Shown: positions 10,169 to 22,954 of the stretch, in pieces
How the letters are laid out: each line of letters begins with the position of its first letter
Position numbering within the stretch: position 1 is the first letter of the stretch
Assembly: GCA_964524295.1 (NCBI GenBank)
Contig: CAZGCW010000003.1
Location: 1-47,695, forward strand
Length of the DNA stretch: 47,695 bases
Origin: an uncultured Pseudomonadales bacterium
GTDB lineage: Bacteria > Pseudomonadota > Gammaproteobacteria > Pseudomonadales > Azotimanducaceae
Reading direction: 5' to 3'
Position numbers and translations under genes: made by a program
Notes under the pieces: generated by a model
What the model was told of the DNA's origin: nothing
The model's database searches: none
The model's input: only the letters and a program-made list of their open reading frames with translations

Positions 10169-11671
10169 GTGGCATATACTTGCATTGATCGTAAACGATA
10201 CTCAATAGGCATAGATATTATGGTACTTTTTACCGCGGACGAGGTTCGAGTCATTGATCAAGCGCTGATTGAGGATTATGGCATATCAGGCATCAGTTTG
10301 ATGAAGCTCGCAGCCAGAGCCTGCATAGAAAGCATTGAACAGCATTTTTCAGATATCACCCATTTTATGGTTTTTTGCGGATCCGGAAATAATGCTGGGG
10401 ACGGATACCTGATCGCGGCCATGCTGGCAGATAAGGGCTACCGCGTTGAAGTTGTATCCTTAGGTGATCCGAATAAGTTAACGCCAGAGGCTCGCCAGGC
10501 GTTGTCCTTTTGTCAACAGAGTAGCGCCTGTTTTAGCCGTAGTGAAGTCATTCCAGAGGATTGCCTGATCGTGGACGCCCTCCTTGGTATTGGCGTTTCT
10601 GGTAAGGTCAGGCCTGAGTATGCAAAGGTCATCGAGGAGATTAACGAAAGCCCAGCAGACGTTTTGGCAGTTGATCTTCCTTCGGGTCTTTGTGCAGATA
10701 CGGGGGTCATTTTAGGTGTCTGTGTTAAAGCAACGCAATCAGTTACCTTTATTGGTCGTAAGCGAGGCCTTTATTGTAATGATGGTCCTGATGTGGCGGG
10801 CAAGATCTGTTTGGCTGACCTGGGTGCAACAGCAGAGGCTTATAAACGAGTGGCGGAACCGGTAAAGATTCTACCGGGACAATCTTTACCAAAACGGTCT
10901 CGCCGGGGTTATAAAAATCAGTATGGACATGTGCTGCTAGTCGGTGGTAACGAGGGAATGGCCGGTGCGATTATACTGGCTGCAGAGGCGGCGCTACGTT
11001 CCGGTGCTGGCCTGGTTTCAGTCGCGACGCGTGCCAATAACCTGACACCCCTGCTGAGTCGCTGCCCGGAAGTGATGGCTCATGCCGTCGGTGGAGGCGA
11101 GGAGCTTGGTACTTTGCTGGAAAAGGCGGATAGTGTTGTCATCGGGCCGGGTTTAGGCCGTGATGACTGGGCGTTAGAATTGTTCGCTGCCGTTTTGAGT
11201 TCCGGTAAGCCCATGGTGGTAGACGCTGATGCTTTAAACATGCTTGCCATTGCCCCTCGGTATTATGAACACTGGATTTTGACGCCTCATTCAAAGGAAG
11301 CCGCCAGGTTGCTGGGCGTGGCATCGGTGCAGGAGGATCGTTTTAAGGTCGCGACTGAATTGCACGCACGCTATGGTGGCGTCGTGGTGTTAAAGGGCCT
11401 GGGGAGTCTGGTTCAGGATGATGAGCAATTAAGTCTCTGCCCCTTTGGTAACCCCGGCATGGCAAGTGCAGGAATGGGCGATGTGCTGGCGGGGGTGATT
11501 GGGAGCCTGATAGGACAAACAGGCAATCTTTATGAGGCTGCCTGTATGGGCGTTGTTAATCATGCCAGGGCGGCTGACTCTATCGTCACCCAATTGGGTG
11601 AAGTGGGCTTGGCTGCATCGGATTTACCGCTTGTCATTGGCCAACTACTTTCAGATGAAGTGCTACCGTGA
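10169..11671 (+). CDS. nnr: Bifunctional NAD(P)H-hydrate repair enzyme (epimerase / ADP-dependent dehydratase)
   Basis: YjeF_N motif CGSGNNAGDGY, and C-terminal carbohydrate-kinase motifs IGPGLG and GMGDVLAG. The GTG at 10169 is the longest start. The ATG at 10220 (MVLFTADEVR...) is an equally plausible start. Confidence 0.9.
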   Translation: MAYTCIDRKRYSIGIDIMVLFTADEVRVIDQALIEDYGISGISLMKLAARACIESIEQHFSDITHFMVFCGSGNNAGDGYLIAAMLADKGYRVEVVSLGDPNKLTPEARQALSFCQQSSACFSRSEVIPEDCLIVDALLGIGVSGKVRPEYAKVIEEINESPADVLAVDLPSGLCADTGVILGVCVKATQSVTFIGRKRGLYCNDGPDVAGKICLADLGATAEAYKRVAEPVKILPGQSLPKRSRRGYKNQYGHVLLVGGNEGMAGAIILAAEAALRSGAGLVSVATRANNLTPLLSRCPEVMAHAVGGGEELGTLLEKADSVVIGPGLGRDDWALELFAAVLSSGKPMVVDADALNMLAIAPRYYEHWILTPHSKEAARLLGVASVQEDRFKVATELHARYGGVVVLKGLGSLVQDDEQLSLCPFGNPGMASAGMGDVLAGVIGSLIGQTGNLYEAACMGVVNHARAADSIVTQLGEVGLAASDLPLVIGQLLSDEVLP

Positions 11672-12150
11672 AAATCAATTTGACGCACTTCCATCAGACC
11701 GAGGCACTCGGTGCTGAACTGAGCCTCCTTCTGGATGGGGGTGGTTTAGTATTTTTGCAGGGAGATCTAGGAACCGGTAAAACCACGTTGTGCAGAGGGT
11801 TACTGCGTGCCCTGGGTTATGCAGGCGCAGTTAAAAGCCCGACTTTCACACTGATAGAGCCGTATCTGATCAATGGCCAGGCAGTCATTCATTTTGACTT
11901 ATACAGACTGGGGCATCCAGAAGAGTTACACTACTTAGGGGCTGAAGAGTACTTTGAAACGACTAATTTATGTGTCGTTGAGTGGCCGGAGAAAGGACAT
12001 GGATATTTACCGCAGCAGGATTTGTTGGTGACGCTGACTTATAACAATCATACGGAACGGCGTGCGGCCATCACGGCCTACTCTGCTAAAGGGCAGCGAG
12101 TCATGCAGCAATTGGAAAGCTTTCAGGAGCGGATAGATTGCCGAAATTAG
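11668..12150 (+). CDS. tsaE: tRNA t6A37 biosynthesis ATPase TsaE (YjeE)
   Basis: P-loop GDLGTGKTT and the motif YHFDLYRL-like IHFDLYRL. The GTG start overlaps the nnr stop (GTGA). Confidence 0.92.
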   Translation: MKINLTHFHQTEALGAELSLLLDGGGLVFLQGDLGTGKTTLCRGLLRALGYAGAVKSPTFTLIEPYLINGQAVIHFDLYRLGHPEELHYLGAEEYFETTNLCVVEWPEKGHGYLPQQDLLVTLTYNNHTERRAAITAYSAKGQRVMQQLESFQERIDCRN

Positions 12151-13493
12151 GTCTCCTGCAACGAGCCAGTGCGGCTGTACTGATGTTACTGGCCAACATG
12201 GCAGTGCTGGCGCAGCAGTCTGTTGATGGAATACGGATTCGTCCTGACCCAGAAAAAACCCGGGTCGTATTTGATCTTAGTGGTCCTGTAGACCATAAGC
12301 TGTTTATGCTTGAGAACCCTGCCAGACTGGTGATTGATCTTAATGATACTGAGATGCATCGGGATGAATTGAAGAATGAAATAGCCGAACTCTCTCTTGA
12401 AGCGACGCCCATTGCATCACTCAGATTTTCTCCGCCGTCTCAAGAAAACCTGCGCGTCGTTCTTGATTTAAAACAGGAGGTGAAGCCAAGGAGTTTCATT
12501 CTAAAACCCATTGCCCAATACCGGGATCGTCTGGTCATTGATTTATTCACTGAAGATCAGCAGGTCGAAACCCCGATCCAGGGTGTTGATTCATCGAGTC
12601 AGCGACCCAGGGAAATAGTCATTGCTATTGATCCAGGACACGGCGGTGATGATCCCGGTGCAATTGGTGCAGGGAATCTGTACGAGAAAAAAGTCGTGCT
12701 GGCTATTGCCAGGGAATTAAAGGCCATCGCTGATCGAACCTATGGCTATAAGGGCGTGTTGACTCGGCGGGGCGATTATTATGTCGAGCATCGTAAGAGA
12801 ACAGCCATCGCCAGGGAGAACGAATCCGATGTGTTTATTTCCATTCATGCCGATGGTTGGAAGACCAATTCTCCTAATGGCGCATCGGTTTATGCGATTT
12901 CTGAGAGTGGGGCTACCAGTGAAATGGCAGAATGGCTGGCCGAGAAAGAAAACCGGGCTGATTTAATTGGTGGTGTCGGAAGTGTCAGTCTGGATGACAA
13001 AGATGATATGCTCGCTGGCGTGCTGTTGGATCTTTCCCAGACAGCCAGTTTAAGTGCCAGTCTTGAAATGGGCGAGGCGATCCTGTTGGGTATTAAGCCC
13101 ATTAGTCGGTTGCATAAGAAGAATGTTGAGCAGGCTGCTTTCATCGTTCTTAAATCACCTGATATTCCGTCATTGCTGATAGAAACGGGTTTTATTTCAA
13201 ATCCAGGCGATGCACGGAAGCTGGCAGCGACAAAGCACCAGAAGAAGCTGGCAGCGGGTATCTTTGCTGGTATCAATCAATACTTCAGTCGGATCCCACC
13301 GACCGGTACGCTACTTGCAGCCAGACAGAACGCAACGCCTCGACCCACCATTACGCATGTAATCAGGCGGGGTGATACGCTGTCAGAAATTGCTTTGAGA
13401 TATAATATTGGTTTTGAAGATCTAAAGCGTGAGAATGCCTTAAGTTCCAATACTATCAGGATCGGACAAACGTTGAGGATACCCCAACTTTAA
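12138..13493 (+). CDS. amiB: N-acetylmuramoyl-L-alanine amidase (AMIN domain - Amidase_3 - C-terminal LysM)
   Basis: A signal-like N-terminus is followed by an AMIN-type segment (IRIRPDPEKTRVVFDL...LVIDL). Amidase_3 motifs IAIDPGHGGDDPGA and ISIHAD are present. The C-terminus is LysM (RRGDTLSEIALRYNI...IRIGQTLRIP). The start is TTG, overlapping tsaE. Confidence 0.9.
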   Translation: MPKLGLLQRASAAVLMLLANMAVLAQQSVDGIRIRPDPEKTRVVFDLSGPVDHKLFMLENPARLVIDLNDTEMHRDELKNEIAELSLEATPIASLRFSPPSQENLRVVLDLKQEVKPRSFILKPIAQYRDRLVIDLFTEDQQVETPIQGVDSSSQRPREIVIAIDPGHGGDDPGAIGAGNLYEKKVVLAIARELKAIADRTYGYKGVLTRRGDYYVEHRKRTAIARENESDVFISIHADGWKTNSPNGASVYAISESGATSEMAEWLAEKENRADLIGGVGSVSLDDKDDMLAGVLLDLSQTASLSASLEMGEAILLGIKPISRLHKKNVEQAAFIVLKSPDIPSLLIETGFISNPGDARKLAATKHQKKLAAGIFAGINQYFSRIPPTGTLLAARQNATPRPTITHVIRRGDTLSEIALRYNIGFEDLKRENALSSNTIRIGQTLRIPQL

Positions 13494-15302
13494 ATGAACA
13501 ATCGTATTTGTGCGCTTACCAATAGGCTGGCTAACCAGATTGCCGCAGGAGAGGTCGTGGAGAGGCCGGCATCGGTGGTTAAGGAGCTTTTGGAAAATGC
13601 CCTGGATGCGCAGGCGAAATCCATTGACATTAGCCTGGAAGCAGGCGGTAGCCAGCTGATCCGTATTCGTGATGATGGGGTAGGAATTATCAAGGAAGAT
13701 CTTGAACTGGCGCTGGCGCGTCATGCTACTTCCAAGATCGCTGTTCAGGAAGACCTGCAGGGAATAACCTCGCTAGGTTTTAGAGGTGAAGCCCTCGCCT
13801 CGATAGCGTCGGTGTCAAGGTTGATACTGACTTCTAATGCAACGGATAGTAAATCCGGTTGGTCCGTGAGGTCTGCAGGTGAGAGTATGCACAGCGTACT
13901 TGAACCGGCTGCCCACCGGCGAGGTACCAGCGTTGAGGTACGTGACCTGTTTTTTAATACACCTGCCAGAAAAAAATTCCTTCGAACCGAACGCACTGAG
14001 TTACAGAGAATTGAAGACATTATCCGGAAGGTCAGTTTAAGCCATCCAAATGTGACTATGACCCTAACGCATAATGGCAGGTTGATACGCCAGTACCGCG
14101 TAGCTGATACGGACTTGGATGAAAGGCGTAGGATCGCGATGGTATTCGGTCAGCCATTTGTTGACCAGGCACTTTATTTTGAAGAATCCCGGCTTGATAT
14201 GACCTTGCGAGGCTGGATTTCCCTGCCCACGTATTCTAGAAGTCAGGCCGACCAGCAGTATTTTTTTGTGAACGCCAGAACCATTAGAGACAAGGTTGCA
14301 AGCCATGCGGTGCGGCAAGGATATTCAGACGTGCTTTATCATGGGCGGCATCCAGCCTATGCACTATTCCTTGAGGTCGATCCTGTCAGAGTGGATGTTA
14401 ATGTTCACCCTACCAAGCATGAGGTGCGTTTTAGAGATAGTCGCCAGGTTCATGATTTTATTTACAGGACCATTCACAGGGTACTTGCCTCTGTGCGTCC
14501 TGATGAAACTCAGGGGCACATTGCCGATGGCCGGTTATCGGGTGGCAATGTTGGTGAATTAGCTGAGCCGTTACCGAGCTTTGATCAAAAGCCGATTAAT
14601 TTCGGATCTTCGTCTGGATTCTCTGGGCCGTCACAAACGGCAGGTGGCCCGAAGTCGTGGATGGCGATGGCCGTAAAGGATGCTGGAAGTAATTTGAGTT
14701 CGGAGAAAGATCAGGTGATTCCTCCGTTAGGTTTTGCTGTGGCTCAGCTGCATGGTGTGTATATCATTGCTCAGAATCAGGCCGGTTTAATCGTTGTTGA
14801 TATGCATGCTGCACATGAAAGAATAACGTACGAGCAACTGAAACAATCCATTGATAAGGAGGGCTTGAAAATCCAGCCTTTACTCGTTCCCATCAGTGTG
14901 GTTATGAGCGATAAAGAAGTCCAGGCGGTGGAGCAGATGAATACAGATTTAGCTGAGTTAGGTTTGCAGGTGGAAGTGGCTTCTGCTGAATCAGTCGTCA
15001 TCAGAGGTGTCCCAGCTTTGCTGGGTCGGTCCAGTGCAGAGCAGCTGCTTCGCGACGTAGTCGCGGATATGCTGGAATATGGCAGTAGTGCCAGGATGGA
15101 GGAAAATCGCGATGAGATCCTTTCAACGATGGCTTGTCACGGTTCAATCAGGGCGAATCGAAAGCTGACCCTGGATGAAATGAACGCGCTATTACGGGAT
15201 ATGGAAGAGACTGAGCGTAGTGGACAGTGCAATCATGGCCGACCTACTTGGTTCCAGCTGTCTCTGGGCGAACTGGATAGCCTTTTTATGCGGGGCCGCT
15301 AG
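13494..15302 (+). CDS. mutL: DNA mismatch repair protein MutL
   Basis: GHKL ATPase N-terminus NQIAAGEVVERPASVVKELLENALDA and GFRGEALASI. The C-terminal endonuclease/dimerisation region contains ACHGSIRAN. Confidence 0.95.
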   Translation: MNNRICALTNRLANQIAAGEVVERPASVVKELLENALDAQAKSIDISLEAGGSQLIRIRDDGVGIIKEDLELALARHATSKIAVQEDLQGITSLGFRGEALASIASVSRLILTSNATDSKSGWSVRSAGESMHSVLEPAAHRRGTSVEVRDLFFNTPARKKFLRTERTELQRIEDIIRKVSLSHPNVTMTLTHNGRLIRQYRVADTDLDERRRIAMVFGQPFVDQALYFEESRLDMTLRGWISLPTYSRSQADQQYFFVNARTIRDKVASHAVRQGYSDVLYHGRHPAYALFLEVDPVRVDVNVHPTKHEVRFRDSRQVHDFIYRTIHRVLASVRPDETQGHIADGRLSGGNVGELAEPLPSFDQKPINFGSSSGFSGPSQTAGGPKSWMAMAVKDAGSNLSSEKDQVIPPLGFAVAQLHGVYIIAQNQAGLIVVDMHAAHERITYEQLKQSIDKEGLKIQPLLVPISVVMSDKEVQAVEQMNTDLAELGLQVEVASAESVVIRGVPALLGRSSAEQLLRDVVADMLEYGSSARMEENRDEILSTMACHGSIRANRKLTLDEMNALLRDMEETERSGQCNHGRPTWFQLSLGELDSLFMRGR

Positions 15303-16216
15303 TGATTCAGGCCCTGGTGATAACGGGCCCGACAGCCAGTGGGAAATCAAGTCTCGCCTATGAATTAGCAAAACAGGTACCGCTGGAAGTCATCAGCGTT
15401 GACTCTGCACAGGTTTATCGGGGATTTGATATTGGCAGTGCGAAACCGGACACTGCTCAGCAATTCGAGGTCCCACATCATCTCATTGATATTCGGGATG
15501 CCAGTAACCCATACTCAGCAGCTGAGTTCCGCGAGGATGCGATCAGACTGATCGGGGAGATTCTGGATCGAAACCGATTGCCCGTTCTGGTCGGAGGCAC
15601 CATGCTTTATATTAAAGCACTGAGAGATGGTATTGCACCCCTGCCGGCAGCGGACCCAAAGGTTAGGGCGGCACTCAGTAAAGAGGCGGCGGAGCTGGGT
15701 TGGGCCAGTCTGCATGACAGGCTTAAAAAAATTGATCCTCGTGCAGCCAGTAGAATCAATAGAGCGGATACACAGCGATTACAGCGTGCACTCGAGGTGC
15801 ATCAGCTAACAGGGAAGTCATTGAGTCAGTTGATCGAGGGGGGGCATCAGCGCTGTCCGTTCGACTTAACCGAAATTGCCATTGTTCCATCAGACAGGAA
15901 GAGGCTGCATAGTCGGATTGAGCAGCGATTTGATCTAATGCTGGATCAGGGTCTGATCGATGAGGTGATGACACTTCGAAGCTTGCCTGGTATGGAATCA
16001 GGCTTACCTGCATTGAAATCGGTGGGTTATCGTCAGGTTTGGCGCTATTTGGAAGGCCAATATAATTACGATGAAATGAGGCAAAGAGCCATCATTGCAA
16101 CCCGGCAATTGGCCAAGCGACAATATACCTGGTTGCGCAGCTGGAGGGATTTGGTCATTTTAGATCAACCAATTGTCTCCAAGGTATTGAAAATCGTTAA
16201 ACTTGGCAGCATATAG
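15302..16216 (+). CDS. miaA: tRNA dimethylallyltransferase
   Basis: P-loop GPTASGKS and DSAQVYRGFDIGSAKP. The GTG start overlaps the mutL stop. Confidence 0.94.
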   Translation: MIQALVITGPTASGKSSLAYELAKQVPLEVISVDSAQVYRGFDIGSAKPDTAQQFEVPHHLIDIRDASNPYSAAEFREDAIRLIGEILDRNRLPVLVGGTMLYIKALRDGIAPLPAADPKVRAALSKEAAELGWASLHDRLKKIDPRAASRINRADTQRLQRALEVHQLTGKSLSQLIEGGHQRCPFDLTEIAIVPSDRKRLHSRIEQRFDLMLDQGLIDEVMTLRSLPGMESGLPALKSVGYRQVWRYLEGQYNYDEMRQRAIIATRQLAKRQYTWLRSWRDLVILDQPIVSKVLKIVKLGSI

Positions 16217-16323
16217 TAAAAAAGAGCAGGTCATACCTGCCACCATCAGGTTGACTGGGGTCATTTGGTGGCGACATTGTAAATGGATCTACGGTAGATG
16301 GTATGGGTCTTCCAGTCTCCAGG

Positions 16324-16353
16324 TTGCAAGGTTTTTACACCTACAAATAATAT
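16324..16353 (+). promoter_or_regulatory. Candidate sigma70 promoter for hfq
   Basis: TTGCAA (16324-16329), an 18-nt spacer, then TAATAT (16348-16353), ending 13 nt before the hfq ATG. This would give a very short leader containing GAGGAG. It is a pattern match only. Confidence 0.3.
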
Positions 16354-16366
16354 ATGAGGAGCCAAG

Positions 16367-16609
16367 ATGCCGAAGGGACAATCATTACAGGAACCTTTTT
16401 TGAATGTACTCAGAAAGGAAAGAATCCCTGTTTCAATATTCTTAGTCAGCGGCATCAAGTTGCAAGGGCAGATCGAATCCTTTGATCAATTCGTCATATT
16501 ATTACGTAATAGTGTTAATCAAATGATATATAAATCAGCTATTTCCACTATTGTTCCGTCTAAAGCGGTGGTTATTGATTATGCAGAGGAAGCATCGAGT
16601 GAAATCTAG
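16367..16609 (+). CDS. hfq: RNA chaperone Hfq
   Basis: Near-identical Sm1/Sm2 core: [40 protein letters not shown]...AISTIVP. Confidence 0.96.
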   Translation: MPKGQSLQEPFLNVLRKERIPVSIFLVSGIKLQGQIESFDQFVILLRNSVNQMIYKSAISTIVPSKAVVIDYAEEASSEI

Positions 16610-16615
16610 TTTTTA

Positions 16616-17962
16616 ATGGTCGCTAAATTGTTCATTGAGAGACCAGAAGGAGGCCTTCGCGCGCTACTGGTTTTTTCAAGCAGTGTTGAATCGAAACTTG
16701 CCACACTGGAAGAGCTGGAGGAGTTAGTATTATCTGCAGGGTTGGATACCGTTGCTACGATTATCAATCCTAGAAAAACACCTCACCCAAAGAGTTTGGT
16801 CGGATCAGGAAAGTTACAGGAAATCTGCTTGGAAGCGGAACAGTCGGATGCCGGGATTATTGTTTTCAGTGAAGATTTGTCGCCGTCTCAGGAAAAGAAT
16901 ATCGAGCAGGCCGTTGGCAGGAGGGTCATGGGTCGAACTGGGTTGATACTGGAAATTTTTGCTCAACGGGCGCGAACCCACGAAGGAAAGTTACAGGTAG
17001 AGCTGGCCCAGCTACAACATGCGGCATCCCGGTTGGTAAGAGGTTGGACCCACCTGGACAGGCAACGCGGTGGCTCAGGTAAGGGTCAGGGAGCGAGTGC
17101 GGGGCTGTCTGGTGATGGTGAAACCCAGTTGGAAGCTGACCAGCGTCAGTTGAGAGCTCGAACAAAGAAGGTTAATCAGAGGTTGGTTAAGGTCCAGCGC
17201 CAGCGCGGCCAGAATCGAAAAGCCAGGCAGCGCTCTCAGACGCCGTCTGTCGCGCTGGCTGGATATACGAACTCTGGCAAATCAACTTTGTTTAATGCGC
17301 TTTCCAATGAGCAGGTACACGCTGCGGACCAGTTGTTTGCCACACTTGACCCGACTTTGCGGCAAATACCCTTGCCGGTAACGGGGAAAATGATACTGTC
17401 CGACACCGTCGGCTTTATTCGCGCATTACCTCATACGCTGATTGAAGCGTTCAAAGCGACTCTGGAGGAAGTGACTCATGCTGCTTTGATTTTACATGTA
17501 GTGGATGCCGCTGCCCCGGAGAAGCAGGAAAGAATAGATGCAGTCAATAATGTGTTGTCTGAAATTGGTGCTCAACAGATACCGCAATTGTTGGTATTGA
17601 ACAAATCTGATTTGGTAGCAACGGATAGGCCGGTCATTTGTCGTGATAGCAGCGGAAGTCCAGTGAGTGTTCGTGTTTCAGCATTGCGGGGAGAAGGCCT
17701 GGATGCCATGTTGAATTGTATTGATGAATTGCTGGGCAGTGAACTAGTGGAAGCCACTATCAGCTTGAAACCGGAACAGGGTATGATTCGTGCCCGGTGC
17801 TTTAATATCGGGTGTGTCATCAGGGAAGTTACCCATGATAATGGTGTAACTGACCTCTATATGCGTATTGAAAAGCATAATCTTGAAAAATTGAATTCTG
17901 CGTTGATGCAGAGTTATACAATGCATAATCATGAGATTAATGGGAAGATAGACAATCGCTAA
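16616..17962 (+). CDS. hflX: GTPase HflX
   Basis: G motifs GYTNSGKST, DTVGF and NKSD are present. An HflX N-terminal domain is present. The gene lies between hfq and hflK. Confidence 0.94.
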   Translation: MVAKLFIERPEGGLRALLVFSSSVESKLATLEELEELVLSAGLDTVATIINPRKTPHPKSLVGSGKLQEICLEAEQSDAGIIVFSEDLSPSQEKNIEQAVGRRVMGRTGLILEIFAQRARTHEGKLQVELAQLQHAASRLVRGWTHLDRQRGGSGKGQGASAGLSGDGETQLEADQRQLRARTKKVNQRLVKVQRQRGQNRKARQRSQTPSVALAGYTNSGKSTLFNALSNEQVHAADQLFATLDPTLRQIPLPVTGKMILSDTVGFIRALPHTLIEAFKATLEEVTHAALILHVVDAAAPEKQERIDAVNNVLSEIGAQQIPQLLVLNKSDLVATDRPVICRDSSGSPVSVRVSALRGEGLDAMLNCIDELLGSELVEATISLKPEQGMIRARCFNIGCVIREVTHDNGVTDLYMRIEKHNLEKLNSALMQSYTMHNHEINGKIDNR

Positions 17963-17982
17963 GTTGCGAAATGGAGAATGTT

Positions 17983-19125
17983 ATGGCTTGGAATGAACCC
18001 GGTAATGGGAACTCTGGAGATCGAGATCCGTGGGGGAATAGAAATGATCAGGGGCCACCTGATTTAGATGAGGCCTTTAAAAAGCTGCAAGACAATCTCA
18101 GTAAGATGTTTGGCGGCGGTTCAGGAAGCTCTGGGGGCGGTGCCTCGAAGGGTAAGGGCGGTGGCCTATCGCTGCTGGCTATAGTCGGTGTTGTCCTGGC
18201 CATAGTCTATTTTTTGTTGGGCGTCTATACGGTTGATGAACAGGAACGAGGCGTGGTTCTCCGATTTGGCAAGGTCCAGGACGCAGTAATACAGCCAGGA
18301 ATTCACTGGAATCCAAGATTGATCGATGAAGTTCTGATTTATAATAAGACGCGCGTTCGATCGCATCCCCATGAGTCAGAAATGCTGACTGAAGATGAAA
18401 ATATAGTCAAGGTTAAGCTCACCGTACAGTATGTCATCGGCGATGTGAGAAATTATGCATTGAAGGTAAAAGCACCTGAAAACAGCCTGTACCAGGCAGC
18501 TGAAAGTGCGGTTCGGCATGTGGTCGGAAGCACTGAAATGGATGAAGTATTAACTGAGGGACGGGCGTTACTGGGGGATGAGGTAAAAATTCGAATTCAG
18601 GAATATATGGATGCTTATCAGACGGGAATTAGTGTTGAACGAGTCAATATAGATGAAACCGCGCCACCGGATGCAGTACGGGAAGCGTTTGATGAAGTGA
18701 TTCGTGCTCGCGAGGACGAAGTGAGGGTGCGCAATGAAGCGGATGCCTATGCAAACCAGGTTGTCCCGGAGGCCAGAGGTGAAGCCCAGAAATATATTGA
18801 AGAGGCCGACGGCTACCAGCAACGGGTAGTCGCGCAGGCTCGGGGTGAGGCTGAGCGATTCAGGAAGTTGTATGCCCAGTATAAATTAGCCCCGGAGGTC
18901 ACACGGGAGAGAATGTATATCGATACCATGGAATCGGTTATGACCAATTCCTCCAAAGTGATGATCGATGTAAAGGGAGGTAATAACATGATGTATATTC
19001 CTTTGGACAGGATTATGCAGCAAGCCACCCCGAGCACAATTAATATGGGTACTGCAGGCTCAAACTCGGTGTCGCAAAGGCCTCAGGACAATTCTGCAGG
19101 AAATAGAAGACGAGACCGACAATAG
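17983..19125 (+). CDS. hflK: FtsH protease modulator HflK
   Basis: Canonical N-terminus MAWNEPGNG...DPWG and an SPFH/band-7 core. I chose the ATG at 17983, with GGAG 6 nt upstream. The track ORF begins 12 nt earlier, at 17971. Confidence 0.93.
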   Translation: MAWNEPGNGNSGDRDPWGNRNDQGPPDLDEAFKKLQDNLSKMFGGGSGSSGGGASKGKGGGLSLLAIVGVVLAIVYFLLGVYTVDEQERGVVLRFGKVQDAVIQPGIHWNPRLIDEVLIYNKTRVRSHPHESEMLTEDENIVKVKLTVQYVIGDVRNYALKVKAPENSLYQAAESAVRHVVGSTEMDEVLTEGRALLGDEVKIRIQEYMDAYQTGISVERVNIDETAPPDAVREAFDEVIRAREDEVRVRNEADAYANQVVPEARGEAQKYIEEADGYQQRVVAQARGEAERFRKLYAQYKLAPEVTRERMYIDTMESVMTNSSKVMIDVKGGNNMMYIPLDRIMQQATPSTINMGTAGSNSVSQRPQDNSAGNRRRDRQ

Positions 19126-19173
19126 AAGATGAGAGCGACACTAAAAGCTAGCTAAGAATTTGAGGGAAAGACA

Positions 19174-20052
19174 ATGTCAAATAGAATAATGGTGATTTTT
19201 GTGGGGCTGGTTGTGGCCGGACTGATAGCAGTGAATTCGGTTTATACCATTACAGAGTTGGAACGAGCAGTATTACTGCGCTTTGGCGAGGTACGAAATG
19301 CTGATATCCCTTCAGGGCTGCACTTTAAATTACCGTTTGTTGATGATGTGCGGATTTTTGATGCTCGGGTACTGACCGTTGATGCACCGCCAGAAAGGTT
19401 CCTGACCTTAGAAAAGAAAGCGCTGATCGTTGACTCATTTGCTAAATTTAAGGTTCAGAATGTTGCTAAGTATTATACAGCCACGTCCGGGGATCAGAGG
19501 CGGGCCGAGGAGTTGCTCAAGCAACGGGTCAATAACGGGTTAAGGAACGAAATCAGTAATAGAACCTTGCACGAAGTGGTGTCAGGGCAAAGAGATGAAT
19601 TGATGATTGACCTGGTTGACAAATTAAATCTGGAAGCGGACGACAAATTAGGAATTCATGTTGTCGATGTACGAGTTAAGCGGATTGATTTGCCTGAGGA
19701 AGTGAGTCAATCCGTTTATAATCGAATGAATACCGAACGTGATATCGAAGCCAAGGAACATCGTGCAAAAGGTCAGGAGATGGCAGTCGGTATCATCGCA
19801 GACGCGGATAAACAGCGAGAAGTTATTTTAGCAAACGCCTATGGTGACGCCGAGGAAATACGTGGAGAAGGCGATGCTCAGGCGGCGAATCTCTATGCAG
19901 CAGCCTTCAGTCAGGATCCGGAGTTTTATAAGTTCTACCGGAGTATGTCAGCGTATCGAAGAACCTTTTCTGAGAAAAGTGACATTTTGCTGCTTGATCC
20001 AGATAGCGATTTCTTCAGTTACCTGAATGAAAGCAAATCGGAAGGTAAATAA
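19174..20052 (+). CDS. hflC: FtsH protease modulator HflC
   Basis: SPFH domain with a single N-terminal TM segment. It follows hflK. Confidence 0.94.
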   Translation: MSNRIMVIFVGLVVAGLIAVNSVYTITELERAVLLRFGEVRNADIPSGLHFKLPFVDDVRIFDARVLTVDAPPERFLTLEKKALIVDSFAKFKVQNVAKYYTATSGDQRRAEELLKQRVNNGLRNEISNRTLHEVVSGQRDELMIDLVDKLNLEADDKLGIHVVDVRVKRIDLPEEVSQSVYNRMNTERDIEAKEHRAKGQEMAVGIIADADKQREVILANAYGDAEEIRGEGDAQAANLYAAAFSQDPEFYKFYRSMSAYRRTFSEKSDILLLDPDSDFFSYLNESKSEGK

Positions 20053-20100
20053 AGAATCAGTAGATGGTGTTGATTACAGTATCCTCGCAGGAGCCTGAAA

Positions 20101-20289
20101 TTGCAGCTACATGATCTCTGGGTGGCACTTTGTTTACTCCTTGTATTGGAAGGAATGGGTCCTTTTATTAGTCCTGGAGGCTGGCGTAACATGATGGCGC
20201 AATTGAGCCAGGCTGATGATCGTATACTACGTATCATGGGTCTGGCGCTGATGTTATTGGGTACTTTTGTACTTTATGTAATTGGGTGA
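20101..20289 (+). CDS. yjeT: DUF2065 small membrane protein (YjeT-like)
   Basis: The 62-aa protein LALCLLLVLEGMGPFISPGGWRNMM...ILRIMGLALMLLG aligns by eye with E. coli YjeT. It occupies the conserved position after hflC. The start is TTG. Confidence 0.75.
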   Translation: MQLHDLWVALCLLLVLEGMGPFISPGGWRNMMAQLSQADDRILRIMGLALMLLGTFVLYVIG

Positions 20290-20358
20290 GACAGTCGTGG
20301 GCGTGATTGGGCTGACTGTTCGAGATGGTATGGGTAATAATCTTTAAGGCGGTACAGG

Positions 20359-22811
<2,453 letters not shown>

Positions 22812-22954
22812 AAACGCTGATCGCTGCGCTTTAGTCATTAAAGAAACGCTAGAACGGTAGATAAAATACTGGCGTCTTCAATAGCGGCTGTCTCGTTGTC
22901 TCACCCCTGGCAGTAGCGAAATAGGTCATGTTAAGTGCCTAGCGAGGAAAACGT